A DNA stretch of 64,000 bases from an uncultured Acidobacteriaceae bacterium. GTDB lineage: Bacteria; Acidobacteriota; Terriglobia; Terriglobales; Acidobacteriaceae. Of this stretch, positions 41,875 to 52,531 are shown in pieces. The notes below the pieces were generated by a model, which saw only the letters and a program-made list of their open reading frames with translations, searched no databases and was not told where the DNA came from. Where the stretch lies: the NCBI GenBank assembly GCA_963789625.1, contig CAWBLK010000015.1:55589-119588 (forward strand), read 5' to 3'. The translations under genes were made by a program, and so were the position numbers. Position 1 is the first letter of the stretch, and each line of letters opens with the position of its first letter.

Positions 41875-42004
41875 CCGTCGTGATCGCCAGCCCTGCTATG
41901 GAACCGCCGACGGTACGCTGGCAGCCCGGGCCCTTGGATCTTGGATTCCTACCTAGATGCCTGCGCCCTGACTTGCCAGCAGTAATGACAATGCTCCAAC
42001 TATT

Positions 42005-43120
42005 TCACGCCAGCAGTTTGGCGGCGTCTTTCGCGTAATACGTGAGGATAATGCTCGCCCCTGCGCGGCGAATGCTCTGCAGCGATTCCATCATCACGCG
42101 GTCGCGCTCGATCCATCCATTCCGGGCGGCAGCTTCGATCATGGCGTATTCGCCGGAAACCTGATAGGCGGCCAGCGGCAGATCGAAACGTAGGCGGGCT
42201 GCGGCGATTACATCGAGATAGGGCATGGCGGGCTTGACCATGATCATGTCGGCGCCTTCTTCGATGTCGAGTTCGATTTCGCGCATGGCTTCGCGCAGGT
42301 TCGCGCCATCCATCTGATAAGAGCGGCGGTCGCCAAATTGCGGCGCTGAGTCGGCGGCTTCGCGGAATGGACCGTAGAATCCCGACGCGAACTTCGCAGC
42401 ATAGGAAAGAATCGGCGTGTTGATGAAGCTGGCATCGTCGAGCGCGCGGCGGATGGCGGCGACCCGGCCGTCCATCATGTCGGAGGGAGCGATGATGTCG
42501 ATCCCGGCCCGGGTGAGCGAAACCGAGGTGCGCGCCAGGAGTTCAAGGCTGGCGTCGTTGTCGATTTCGAATTTGGAAACCGCGCCGGCCACGATCGATG
42601 CCAGCTCCTCAAGGACTTTTTCTTTTTCATCCTGGTTTTTGACGGCGGCCGCTCCACGGCGGGCAGTATGCAAAGCGTCTCTTGCCGCAGCTCCCAAAGA
42701 TTGGGGCGAAGTGCCCGGCTTTACGATTCCACAATGTCCATGCGACATGTATTCGCAGAGGCACACGTCGCCCATCAGGATCAGCTCCGGCACAGCACGT
42801 TTCAAGGCGCGGGCCGCTTGCTGCACGATGCCGTCATCGGCCCATGCGCCGGTGGCCACGTCATCTTTTTTTTCAGGAAGACCGAAGAGAATCACTGCGG
42901 GCACGCCCAGGGAGTAAACTTGCTGCGCCTCTTTCACGGCCTCATCCACCGAGAGGTTGAACACGCCGGGCATGGAGCGAACTTCCTTGCGGATGCCTTC
43001 ACCGGGGCAAACAAACATGGGATAGACAAAGGCGTCGGGAGTAAGCCGGGTTTCGCGCACCAGGTTGCGAAGCTGGTCGGTGCGGCGGAGACGGCGAAGA
43101 CGGGTAATGGGAAAAGCCAT
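42005..43120 (-). CDS. hemB: Porphobilinogen synthase (delta-aminolevulinate dehydratase), Zn type, with an internal insertion
   Basis: [13 protein letters not shown]..., zinc site [29 protein letters not shown], Schiff-base lysine region [11 protein letters not shown], and [12 protein letters not shown] 43120 was chosen; the ORF is open to 43177. Confidence 0.9.
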   Translation of the reverse strand: MAFPITRLRRLRRTDQLRNLVRETRLTPDAFVYPMFVCPGEGIRKEVRSMPGVFNLSVDEAVKEAQQVYSLGVPAVILFGLPEKKDDVATGAWADDGIVQQAARALKRAVPELILMGDVCLCEYMSHGHCGIVKPGTSPQSLGAAARDALHTARRGAAAVKNQDEKEKVLEELASIVAGAVSKFEIDNDASLELLARTSVSLTRAGIDIIAPSDMMDGRVAAIRRALDDASFINTPILSYAAKFASGFYGPFREAADSAPQFGDRRSYQMDGANLREAMREIELDIEEGADMIMVKPAMPYLDVIAAARLRFDLPLAAYQVSGEYAMIEAAARNGWIERDRVMMESLQSIRRAGASIILTYYAKDAAKLLA

Positions 43121-43329
43121 AGGCACCTGAGATTTCTGAGCGTGGAAATAGGCGCGGCGGCTCCACACCCAGGCCAATTCTAGCAGGGGGATGGGAGGAA
43201 AGGATTCGCCGGGATTAGGTCCAGCCCGCGGCGTTCAGCGTTTTATCAGCAGGAGGTGTGACGAAAGTAACCTGCTGAACCCCGAAAGCGGTCTGGGAAT
43301 CCCTGGTTTCTTCCATAAAATGGAGGCGG

Positions 43330-45081
43330 ATGAGTCTGTCTGGACGCTATCGCTGGTTTCTGCTCGCGGGCGGGGTGACGCTGGCATTCGCCGCGGTGTC
43401 GGTGACCGCGTCGCGCGGTCCGGTCTTGACGGCGATGGCTGACATTGCGTATTTGGTGCTCACGCTCGGTACGGGTAGAGTGATGCTGGCCAATGCACGA
43501 TCGGCGCAAGGAGCTAACCGGCGGTTCTGGGCGCTGATGGGCTCGGGCTGCATTCTCTGGGCGTGCAATCAGGCGGCCTGGGTATATTTTGAGGCCTTCC
43601 GCCACACCACTTTCCCTGATCCTTCGATCATGGATGTGTTCTTGTTCGTCCACCTGGTTCCGATGATTGCCGCCGTTGGTTTGCGTCCACATCGGAGCGA
43701 GGGCGAGCAGAAGTTTCGCGTGGGCACGCTGGATTTTCTAATGCTGCTGGTTTGGTGGGTGTTTCTATATGCCTTCGTTGTCTTCCCGTGGCAATACGTG
43801 TCGCTGAATGTGGCGGAATACGACAGGACCTTCAGTCCACTCTACCTGGTCGAAAGCGGGGTGCTGGTATTGGTGCTGGGCATTGCTGCATGGAGAGCGG
43901 CTGCTGGATGGAAGATGATCTATCTGAACCTAATGGCCGCCAGCGCACTTTATGCGCTGGCCTCGCAGTGGGTAAACCTGGCGCTGGTGCACGGAGGGTA
44001 CTACACCGGGAGTCTTTACGACGTTCCGCTTCTGGGCGCTGTGTGCTGGATGGCGGCAACAGCGCTTACAGCACGCCAGTGGCAGCCGGAAACCGCCGCG
44101 CCCGGGGACGACAACAAATGGGGCGCGATGGCCCTGCGGTTGGCGATTCTGGCGATTCTTTCTTTGCCCGTGCTGGGCCTGTGGACCTACCAATGGGATA
44201 GTTCGCCGGCGCCGGCGCGGACCTTCCGCATGTTCACCGTACTCGCGGCGATGCTTGTGCTGGGCGCGTTCGTCTTCCTGCGCCAACATATCCAGGACCG
44301 GGCGCTGATCCGGGTACTCGAAGAGTCGCGCCGCAGCTTCGAAACCGAGCAACGATTACAGACCCATCTAGTGCAGAGAGAGAAATTAGCTTCTCTAGGC
44401 CAGCTAGTAGCCGGAGCAGCAAACGAGATCGGGCACCCTCTGACGGCAATCATGGGATATTCGGAGAAGCTATGGTCGAACCAGAGGTTGACCAGCGAGC
44501 AGGATACGCTGGTCCGCAAGATTGTTCACCAATCGCAGCGAACCCGCGAACTGATCTCAAGCCTTCTGAGTTTCGCTCAGCAGAGTTCCGGGGAAAAGGC
44601 GATGGTCGATTTGTGCATGCTTCTGCAGCGCAGCGTGCAGATGCGCGAACTGGAACTGCACGATCAGAAAATTCACATCGAAACCTCGCTGGAACCGAAC
44701 CTGCCAAAAGTATGGGGTGACGGCCACCAGCTCTTTCAAACATTCGTGCAGATCGTTGAAAACGCACTGGACGCGCTCGAAGAGGCCGGCGGCGGGTTGC
44801 TTCGGGTCACTGCCGGCCGTCAGGGAGAACAAGTGGTGGTGCAGTTTTCTGATACCGGGCCTGGTATAAAAGAGCCGGATCGAGTATTCGACCCTTTCTA
44901 TACCACGAAGCCCATCGGCAAAGGCACAGGTTTGGGATTGAGCGCCGTGTACGGCGTGGTGCAGGATCACAAGGGCCTGATCACCTGCCAGAACAAAGCG
45001 GAGGGCGGCGCTCTGTTCGTGCTCGTGTTGCCCGTGGCCAGCGAGCAAGCCTCCCGCGCACTGGCGGTCGCTCAGTCGTAA
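43330..45081 (+). CDS. Membrane sensor histidine kinase (multi-TM N-terminus, HisKA + HATPase_c)
   Basis: About seven hydrophobic helices, then H-box LVAGAANEIGHPLTAIMGYSE, N-box ENALDAL, and G-boxes DTGPGI and GTGLGLSAVYGVV. No adjacent response regulator. Confidence 0.8.
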   Translation: MSLSGRYRWFLLAGGVTLAFAAVSVTASRGPVLTAMADIAYLVLTLGTGRVMLANARSAQGANRRFWALMGSGCILWACNQAAWVYFEAFRHTTFPDPSIMDVFLFVHLVPMIAAVGLRPHRSEGEQKFRVGTLDFLMLLVWWVFLYAFVVFPWQYVSLNVAEYDRTFSPLYLVESGVLVLVLGIAAWRAAAGWKMIYLNLMAASALYALASQWVNLALVHGGYYTGSLYDVPLLGAVCWMAATALTARQWQPETAAPGDDNKWGAMALRLAILAILSLPVLGLWTYQWDSSPAPARTFRMFTVLAAMLVLGAFVFLRQHIQDRALIRVLEESRRSFETEQRLQTHLVQREKLASLGQLVAGAANEIGHPLTAIMGYSEKLWSNQRLTSEQDTLVRKIVHQSQRTRELISSLLSFAQQSSGEKAMVDLCMLLQRSVQMRELELHDQKIHIETSLEPNLPKVWGDGHQLFQTFVQIVENALDALEEAGGGLLRVTAGRQGEQVVVQFSDTGPGIKEPDRVFDPFYTTKPIGKGTGLGLSAVYGVVQDHKGLITCQNKAEGGALFVLVLPVASEQASRALAVAQS

Positions 45082-45162
45082 ACGCGACTCCCGGTTGTTA
45101 ATTGCTAACTGCCAATTGCTAACCGCCATTCGCCTCTTGCCAATCCTGTAACATGAAATCCG

Positions 45163-47653
45163 ATGTCTCAGCCGCTCATCCACAACTCCGCGCGCGTGCT
45201 GGAGTTCGACGCCCTGCGCGAGCTGTTGCGCGGCTACGCCTCTTCACCGCTCGGCTACGCAAAGATCGCAGCTCTTGCGCCCTCCATCGATTCCGCCTGG
45301 ATCGAGGAGCAACAGGAGTTGACCGGGGAAGTGCGCGACTTCCGCCGCGCCGGTGGACGCTTTGAGTTTTCCGGCCTGCTGGACATAAAGGAGTTGGTAA
45401 AAAAATCCCGGATCGCAGGTGCTGTGATCGAAACCGCAGAGATCCGCGATGTCCTGCTCCTTGTGGACCGCGCCGCCGAGTGGCGCGAGATTGCTCTTCA
45501 TCCTCCCGCGAACGTGCGGACGGAGTGGCGGCGAACCCGCGCACTTTCCGAAGCCGTGCCCGACTTCACGGAATTTTTGCGCGCCTTCCGCAACAAAATT
45601 CAGCCCGATGGAACTCTGGAAGACGGTGCTTCGCCGGAGCTGGCGCGGATTCGCCGCGAGATTGAAAAACAGAGGCGCGGTATTCAGGACTCGCTGCGCG
45701 GTTATCTGCGAAAGCTCGCCGAAGGCGGCACGGTGCAGGAAGAACTGATCACCATTCGCGGCGAGCGCTTTGTCATCCCGGTGAAGATCGAGCAGAAGCG
45801 GCGTGTGCAGGGCGTAGTGCACGGCGCGAGTTCCAGCGGCCAGACGGTTTTTGTCGAGCCGCTCGAAACCATCGAGCAGAACAACGAACTCGTCCGCTTG
45901 CTCGACGAAGAGCAGGCAGAGATTCACCGCATTCTGCTGGAGATGACGCGGCGCATCGGCGAAGAGGCGGAGTCAATTCTGGCTTCGGCCGAAGTACTCG
46001 CCGAGTTGGAGCTGCAGTTCGCCAAAGCCCGCTTCGCCGAAGACTACAACTGCGTAGCAGTAACGCTGAGCGGAGATCAGCACGGCTCATGTGGGGACAG
46101 CCGCCCCCGGCTGTCCGCGAGCGAAGCTCGCTTGCTTCTGCACAACGCCCGCCACCCTCTGCTGGAACGAAACCTAAAACTCAAAAACGCGGCCGTAGTT
46201 CCCATCACGGTAGAACTCGAAGGCGAACGTCGCCAGCTAGTCATCACCGGCCCGAACACCGGCGGCAAGACCGTAACACTCAAAACCGTGGGCCTGTTGG
46301 CCTTGATGGCGCAATCAGGAATTCCGGTTCCCGCTGATCGCGCGGAAATGCCGGTGTTCGATGCTGTTTTAGCGGATATCGGCGACTATCAATCCATCGA
46401 GCAGAATCTCTCCACGTTCTCCGCGCACGTTACCAACATCGATTTCATTTCACGCACCGCGACCGCGCAATCGCTGGTGCTGCTAGACGAACTGGGTTCT
46501 GCAACCGACCCGGAAGAAGGTGCAGCTCTCGCCGTCGCCATTGCTGGGCACTTCGGTCGCATCGGCTGCATGACGGTAATTTCCACGCATCACACGTCGT
46601 TGAAGGTCTATGGCGCGAATACTTCGGGCGTGATCAACGCATCGGTAGGCTTCAACGAGAGCACGCTACAACCTACTTACGAATTAAAGATTGGAGTGCC
46701 GGGAGCGTCGGCGGGAATCAACATCGCGCAGCGTCTGGGATTGAATCCCGCGATCATCGAAGCGTCACGGGCGCGCCTCGGCACGCAAGCTCGCGATGTG
46801 GGAGAGTTCCTCGATAAGCTTCACGCCGGCTTGCGCGAGATGGAAGGCGAGCGGCTGCGTCTGCAAAAGGGCCAGCAAGATCTCGAACGCGAACAAAAAC
46901 GCTTAGCGGTTGAAGAAAAAAAAGAGCAGCAGGCCAAGATTCGCGAGATGGAGAAGAAGCTCGAGAGCGTTCTCCGCGACTTCGAATACCACGCGCGCGA
47001 AGCGGTAAATGCCATCCAGGACAAGGCCGCGGCACAGAAGCTCTCGAAAGACGCCGAGCGTCGCATTGCCAAGATGCGGCGCGAATTTCGCGAGCAGTTC
47101 GATTCCACCGTGGTGGCGCACGCCAGTGGAGCCGATCAGGACGACCCTCACGCCCAGCCGCAGGTGGTGAAGCACGTCTCCGAAGGCGACAGCGTCAAGC
47201 TGAAATCGACCGGCCGCGCGGCGACAGTCTTGCGCAAGCTGGATGACTCCCACTTTGAAGTAGCGATGGGCGCGATGAAGATGAAGATCGCGCGCGACGA
47301 CATCGCCGAAGTGTTTGCCAGCGCCCGTTCGGCGGATTCTCCGGTGAAAGCGGCGCGGGCGCGCGGAATTTCGGTGTCACTGAATAACGAAAATGAAAGC
47401 CAGAACGCAGCTTCTGAAATCAATGTGATCGGCTACACCGTCGACGACGCCACGCGCGCCGTAGAAAAATTTGTGGACCACGCATTTCTTAGCCGGACTG
47501 CCGCGAGTGCGCGTTGTTCACGGCAGCGGCATGGGCATCCTACGCAAAGCCTTGCGCCAAGCCCTGCAGCAACATCCGCACGTGGAATCCGTAGCCGAGC
47601 CTCCGCAGAATGAAGGCGGGGGTGGGGCGACGGTGGTGGAGTTGCGGGTGTAA
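45163..47653 (+). pseudogene. mutS2: Endonuclease MutS2 (MutS ATPase + C-terminal Smr domain); one frameshift just inside the Smr domain
   Basis: Walker A ITGPNTGGKTVTLKTVGL, LLDELGSATDPEEG, a long coiled-coil, then INVIGYTVDDATRAVEKFVDHAF. The frame changes at ~47485..47491 into ORF 47471..47653 (LAGLPRVRVVHGSGMGILRKALRQALQQHPHVES...GGGGATVVELRV), which is the Smr motif. Confidence 0.88.
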
Positions 47654-47690
47654 GTGAGCCTGTCAGACCAACTGTCTCACTAGGAGAGTC

Positions 47691-48296
47691 ATGGAGTTTC
47701 GTCTTATATACGACGGCGGCCTGCTTAAAGCTGCCAGCGCCAAGAATCGCCGTCCATGGGAAAAGCACGCTATTCGTAGGCAGCTGCATTCACAACTTAA
47801 AATGCTCTGGGAGATTCATCCAGCCTTGAAACACTATGCCGCACACACTGTCGAAGAACGTGGCAGGCCGCCGCAAAAGTTCCTGGACGCACTGGCCCAT
47901 ACCCACAAGAGAGCTGATACCGGGTTTATTCCCATAATCACCGAGCCAAACGGCCTAATGTGCCAATTGGATGTTCTTTTGCTACGTCCCGAAAGGCCCG
48001 GCCACTTGATCGAGGAAACTGGAGACATCGACAATCGAATGAAGACATTGCTAGATGCTCTGAGAATTCCTGAGGACGGAAATCAAATAGTACGCAAGAG
48101 CACCGACGACCCTGATCCGAACCCAATGTACTGTCTATTGCAGAACGACAATCTAATCACGGGATTCAAAGTGACAACTGACTTTCTCTTGCTTCCCATT
48201 CCACCCGATCAGGGCCAGAATTATGCGGTAGCTGTTATCACTGTCACAACGTCCAATGTCGATCCGTTTGGCTCTCCATGGGAATTACATCTCTAG
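47691..48296 (+). CDS. Hypothetical 201-aa protein with a RusA-like (Holliday-junction resolvase) acidic motif
   Basis: GDIDNRMKTLLDAL followed by LLQNDNLITGFKV resembles the RusA pattern D-x-D-N-x-x-K-x-x-x-D-A-L ... D-D-x-x-[VI]. The rest of the protein is unassignable. Confidence 0.4.
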   Translation: MEFRLIYDGGLLKAASAKNRRPWEKHAIRRQLHSQLKMLWEIHPALKHYAAHTVEERGRPPQKFLDALAHTHKRADTGFIPIITEPNGLMCQLDVLLLRPERPGHLIEETGDIDNRMKTLLDALRIPEDGNQIVRKSTDDPDPNPMYCLLQNDNLITGFKVTTDFLLLPIPPDQGQNYAVAVITVTTSNVDPFGSPWELHL

Positions 48297-48314
48297 CGTA
48301 TAATTCCCGGCATT

Positions 48315-48431
48315 ATGTGGCCGTGGCAAGCATTTGATTGGGGAGTGTTTTGGGCAATTCTGGCGGTGGCCTTTATTTGTTTCGTTGCAGCAAATCTAAT
48401 CCATCTTTTCATTTCCCGCCTAAGCGAATGA
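48315..48431 (+). CDS. Possible 38-aa hydrophobic peptide immediately downstream of the RusA-like ORF
   Basis: ATG 48315 to TGA 48429..48431 encodes MWPWQAFDWGVFWAILAVAFICFVAANLIHLFISRLSE (one TM helix). It starts 19 nt after the preceding stop. Too short for the ORF track. Confidence 0.3.
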   Translation: MWPWQAFDWGVFWAILAVAFICFVAANLIHLFISRLSE

Positions 48432-48594
48432 AGGCGTGGTAATAAGGTCTGCCTTTTCCTAGGCCTTTCAACGGGATAGCAACATATTCCACAGCTTTTC
48501 CGCAGGCGAATGCGACTGCTATATTCCCATGAGTGCCCTTCTAGCTGACAATCCAAAAGGGAGAAGTGTCGGTCACCTAACCCATCATCCATCC

Positions 48595-50562
48595 ATGCCC
48601 GCAGAAGATTTCAAAGAAGTCGTCAAGCAGCAGGCGGACATCGTCCGCATCATCGGCGACTACATCAAGCTGAAGAAGGCCGGAGCGTCGAACTATGCCG
48701 GGCTTTGTCCGTTTCACGGGGAGAAGACGCCGTCGTTTTCCGTGCACGCCACAAAGCAATTTTATTACTGTTTCGGCTGCCATGAGAAAGGGGATGTTTT
48801 CAAGTTTGTGCAGAAGATCGAGAACATCACCTTCCCCGAAGCCGTGCGGCTGGTGGCGCAGAAGCTGGGGATTCCGCTACCCAAGGCCACGTATTCGAGT
48901 CCAGCCGAGGCGCGAGATGCCAAGCTGCGCGCGCAGTTGCTCGACGCACAGGAGCGTGCCGCTGCATTTTTTCAGGAATGCCTGAAGCGTCCCGAAGGCG
49001 CGCGGGCCAGAGAATATCTGGCCGGGCGCGGATTGGATGCAGAAACAATTGCGCACTTCCGCATCGGCTACGCGCCGGATTCCGGCTTTCTCCTGCGTGA
49101 CCGGTTGGCCGGCGAATTCAGCGAAGAGGTGCTGCGGGAGAGCGGGCTGTTCTCATGGAAGCAGGAAGACAGCCGTCAGGAGACCAAGATTCCTCGCTCC
49201 GCTCGGAATGACAACGATGAGGGATTGGACCGGGTTGAGCCAACGACTAACGACCAACGACCAACGACAATCTATTCCAAATTCCGCAACCGCGTAATGT
49301 TTCCCATCGCCAACGATGCAGGAAAAATCATCGCCTTCACAGGTCGCACGCTGACTACCGACGAGAAAGCTGGCCCGAAGTATCTGAACTCTCCGGAGAC
49401 CGGAATTTATTCTAAGGGACGCGTCCTCTTCAATCTTGACCACGCGAAAGAAGCAATCCGCAAGTTGGACTACGCGATTCTGGTCGAAGGCCAAATGGAT
49501 TGCATTTCCGTTTATGCCGCCGGATTTCACAATGTGATTGCCAGCTCAGGCACGGCGTTTACCGAGATTCAGGCGAAGCTGCTGGGCCGCTTCAGCAAAA
49601 ACGTAGTGGTCAACTTCGATCCCGATACAGCGGGAGCGAAAGCCACCGAGCGAACGCTCGGCCTGCTGGTGGAAGAAGATTTTCAGATCAAAGTTCTCAC
49701 GCTGGAACAAGGATTCGATCCCGACCTATTCATCCGGCGCAAAGGCAAAGATCGCTACAGTGAAGCTCTGCGGCATTCGCAAAAGTACTTCGACTATCTG
49801 ATCGACCGCGCCCGAAGTCTTTTTCCAGCCCGCAATCCCGAATCAAAGCAGAAAGCAGTCAACTACCTGCTGCCGCACATTCAGCGCGTCCCCAGCCGAA
49901 TCGTGCGCGACGAACTCAGCCAGGAAATCGCGCAAAAAATCGGTATCGATTCAACGGTTCTGCGGCAAGAGTTGCGGCATGTAGCTTCGGAACGCTCCGC
50001 AGCCGCTGTGAAATCAACTCCCGAGGCACAAGCCACCGACGCTGAGCGGATTCTCATCCGCGCCCTGGCTTCGGCGCGGCAGATCCAGCCCGGTACCGAA
50101 CATCTTTCCGCCCGCGACGGCAGCCGTGACATTGTTAAAGAGGAAGAATTCGATCCCGCGCGCCAGGCGCAGTATGTACTGCAATCCGAAGCCCTGCATC
50201 GCGGGCTGGCGACGGAATCCTTGATCGATGCCCTGCTCAATACCGCGGCGGAAGTTGCCGATGTAATGGAGATGCCATGCTCCGAAAGCGAGCGCCGGAT
50301 GCTGGCCTCCATCCTGTTGAAGGAGGACGAAGAACTTACCGCTGAGCGCGTGGAGGGCGCAGTGCGTGCTCTGCGCCGCATTCACCTGCGGCGCAGGCTG
50401 GAACAGGTGCAGCGCGAGCTAAGCAAGCCCGGAGTCGGCGAGGATAAAGCGCTCCGGAACGAATTGCTGCTTGAAAAAGATCGGCTGAGCCGTGCGCTGC
50501 GCGATCCCAGCCTAGCGGAAGACGGGTTAAGAAATGCTCTGGGAAACCAGAAAACAGCTTGA
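48595..50562 (+). CDS. dnaG: DNA primase DnaG (with a repeat-derived in-frame insertion)
   Basis: Zinc-binding domain CPFHGEKTPSFSV...YYCFGCHEKGDVFKF, RNAP domain FRNRVMFPIANDAGKIIAFTGR, and TOPRIM motifs ILVEGQMDCIS and VVNFDPDTAG. ATG 48595 was chosen; the ORF is open from 48529. Confidence 0.9.
   Translation: MPAEDFKEVVKQQADIVRIIGDYIKLKKAGASNYAGLCPFHGEKTPSFSVHATKQFYYCFGCHEKGDVFKFVQKIENITFPEAVRLVAQKLGIPLPKATYSSPAEARDAKLRAQLLDAQERAAAFFQECLKRPEGARAREYLAGRGLDAETIAHFRIGYAPDSGFLLRDRLAGEFSEEVLRESGLFSWKQEDSRQETKIPRSARNDNDEGLDRVEPTTNDQRPTTIYSKFRNRVMFPIANDAGKIIAFTGRTLTTDEKAGPKYLNSPETGIYSKGRVLFNLDHAKEAIRKLDYAILVEGQMDCISVYAAGFHNVIASSGTAFTEIQAKLLGRFSKNVVVNFDPDTAGAKATERTLGLLVEEDFQIKVLTLEQGFDPDLFIRRKGKDRYSEALRHSQKYFDYLIDRARSLFPARNPESKQKAVNYLLPHIQRVPSRIVRDELSQEIAQKIGIDSTVLRQELRHVASERSAAAVKSTPEAQATDAERILIRALASARQIQPGTEHLSARDGSRDIVKEEEFDPARQAQYVLQSEALHRGLATESLIDALLNTAAEVADVMEMPCSESERRMLASILLKEDEELTAERVEGAVRALRRIHLRRRLEQVQRELSKPGVGEDKALRNELLLEKDRLSRALRDPSLAEDGLRNALGNQKTA
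49187..49270. repeat. Repeat-element fragment plus 4 x 7-nt tandem (CGACYAA), inside the dnaG coding sequence
   Basis: AGATTCCTCGCTCCGCTCGGAATGACAA (49187..49214) matches the right end of the 7105..7204 element (AGATTCCTCGC...GCTTCGGAATGACAA). CGACTAA CGACCAA CGACCAA CGACAAT lies at 49244..49271. Confidence 0.6.
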
Positions 50563-50751
50563 AACAAAACAGCACTTAGAACCATCTAAGTATTTAGCAG
50601 AGTTAGGGATAGCGGCGGCCAACGGGACGATTTGCGAGGCAAATGATAGACGGAGCAGCACTTATATGCTAAACTCCATAAGTTTGTGCTAGGTGCACAA
50701 CTCCGCACTGCCCCAGATTCCCACCTGTAAAGACATTACCACACGCTCGGC

Positions 50752-52476
<1,725 letters not shown>

Positions 52477-52531
52477 CTCCGCTTAGGACAGACACCGTCG
52501 TCTGCCTTGATCGCCGCTGTTTCCGCCGTAG

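Noticed and set aside
49244-49271. Tandem heptamers, and the various GC-rich palindromes, considered as possible CRISPR repeats.
   Set aside because: Repeat units of 7-23 nt with no regular 25-40-nt unique spacers, at most two to four copies, and no cas genes in the window.
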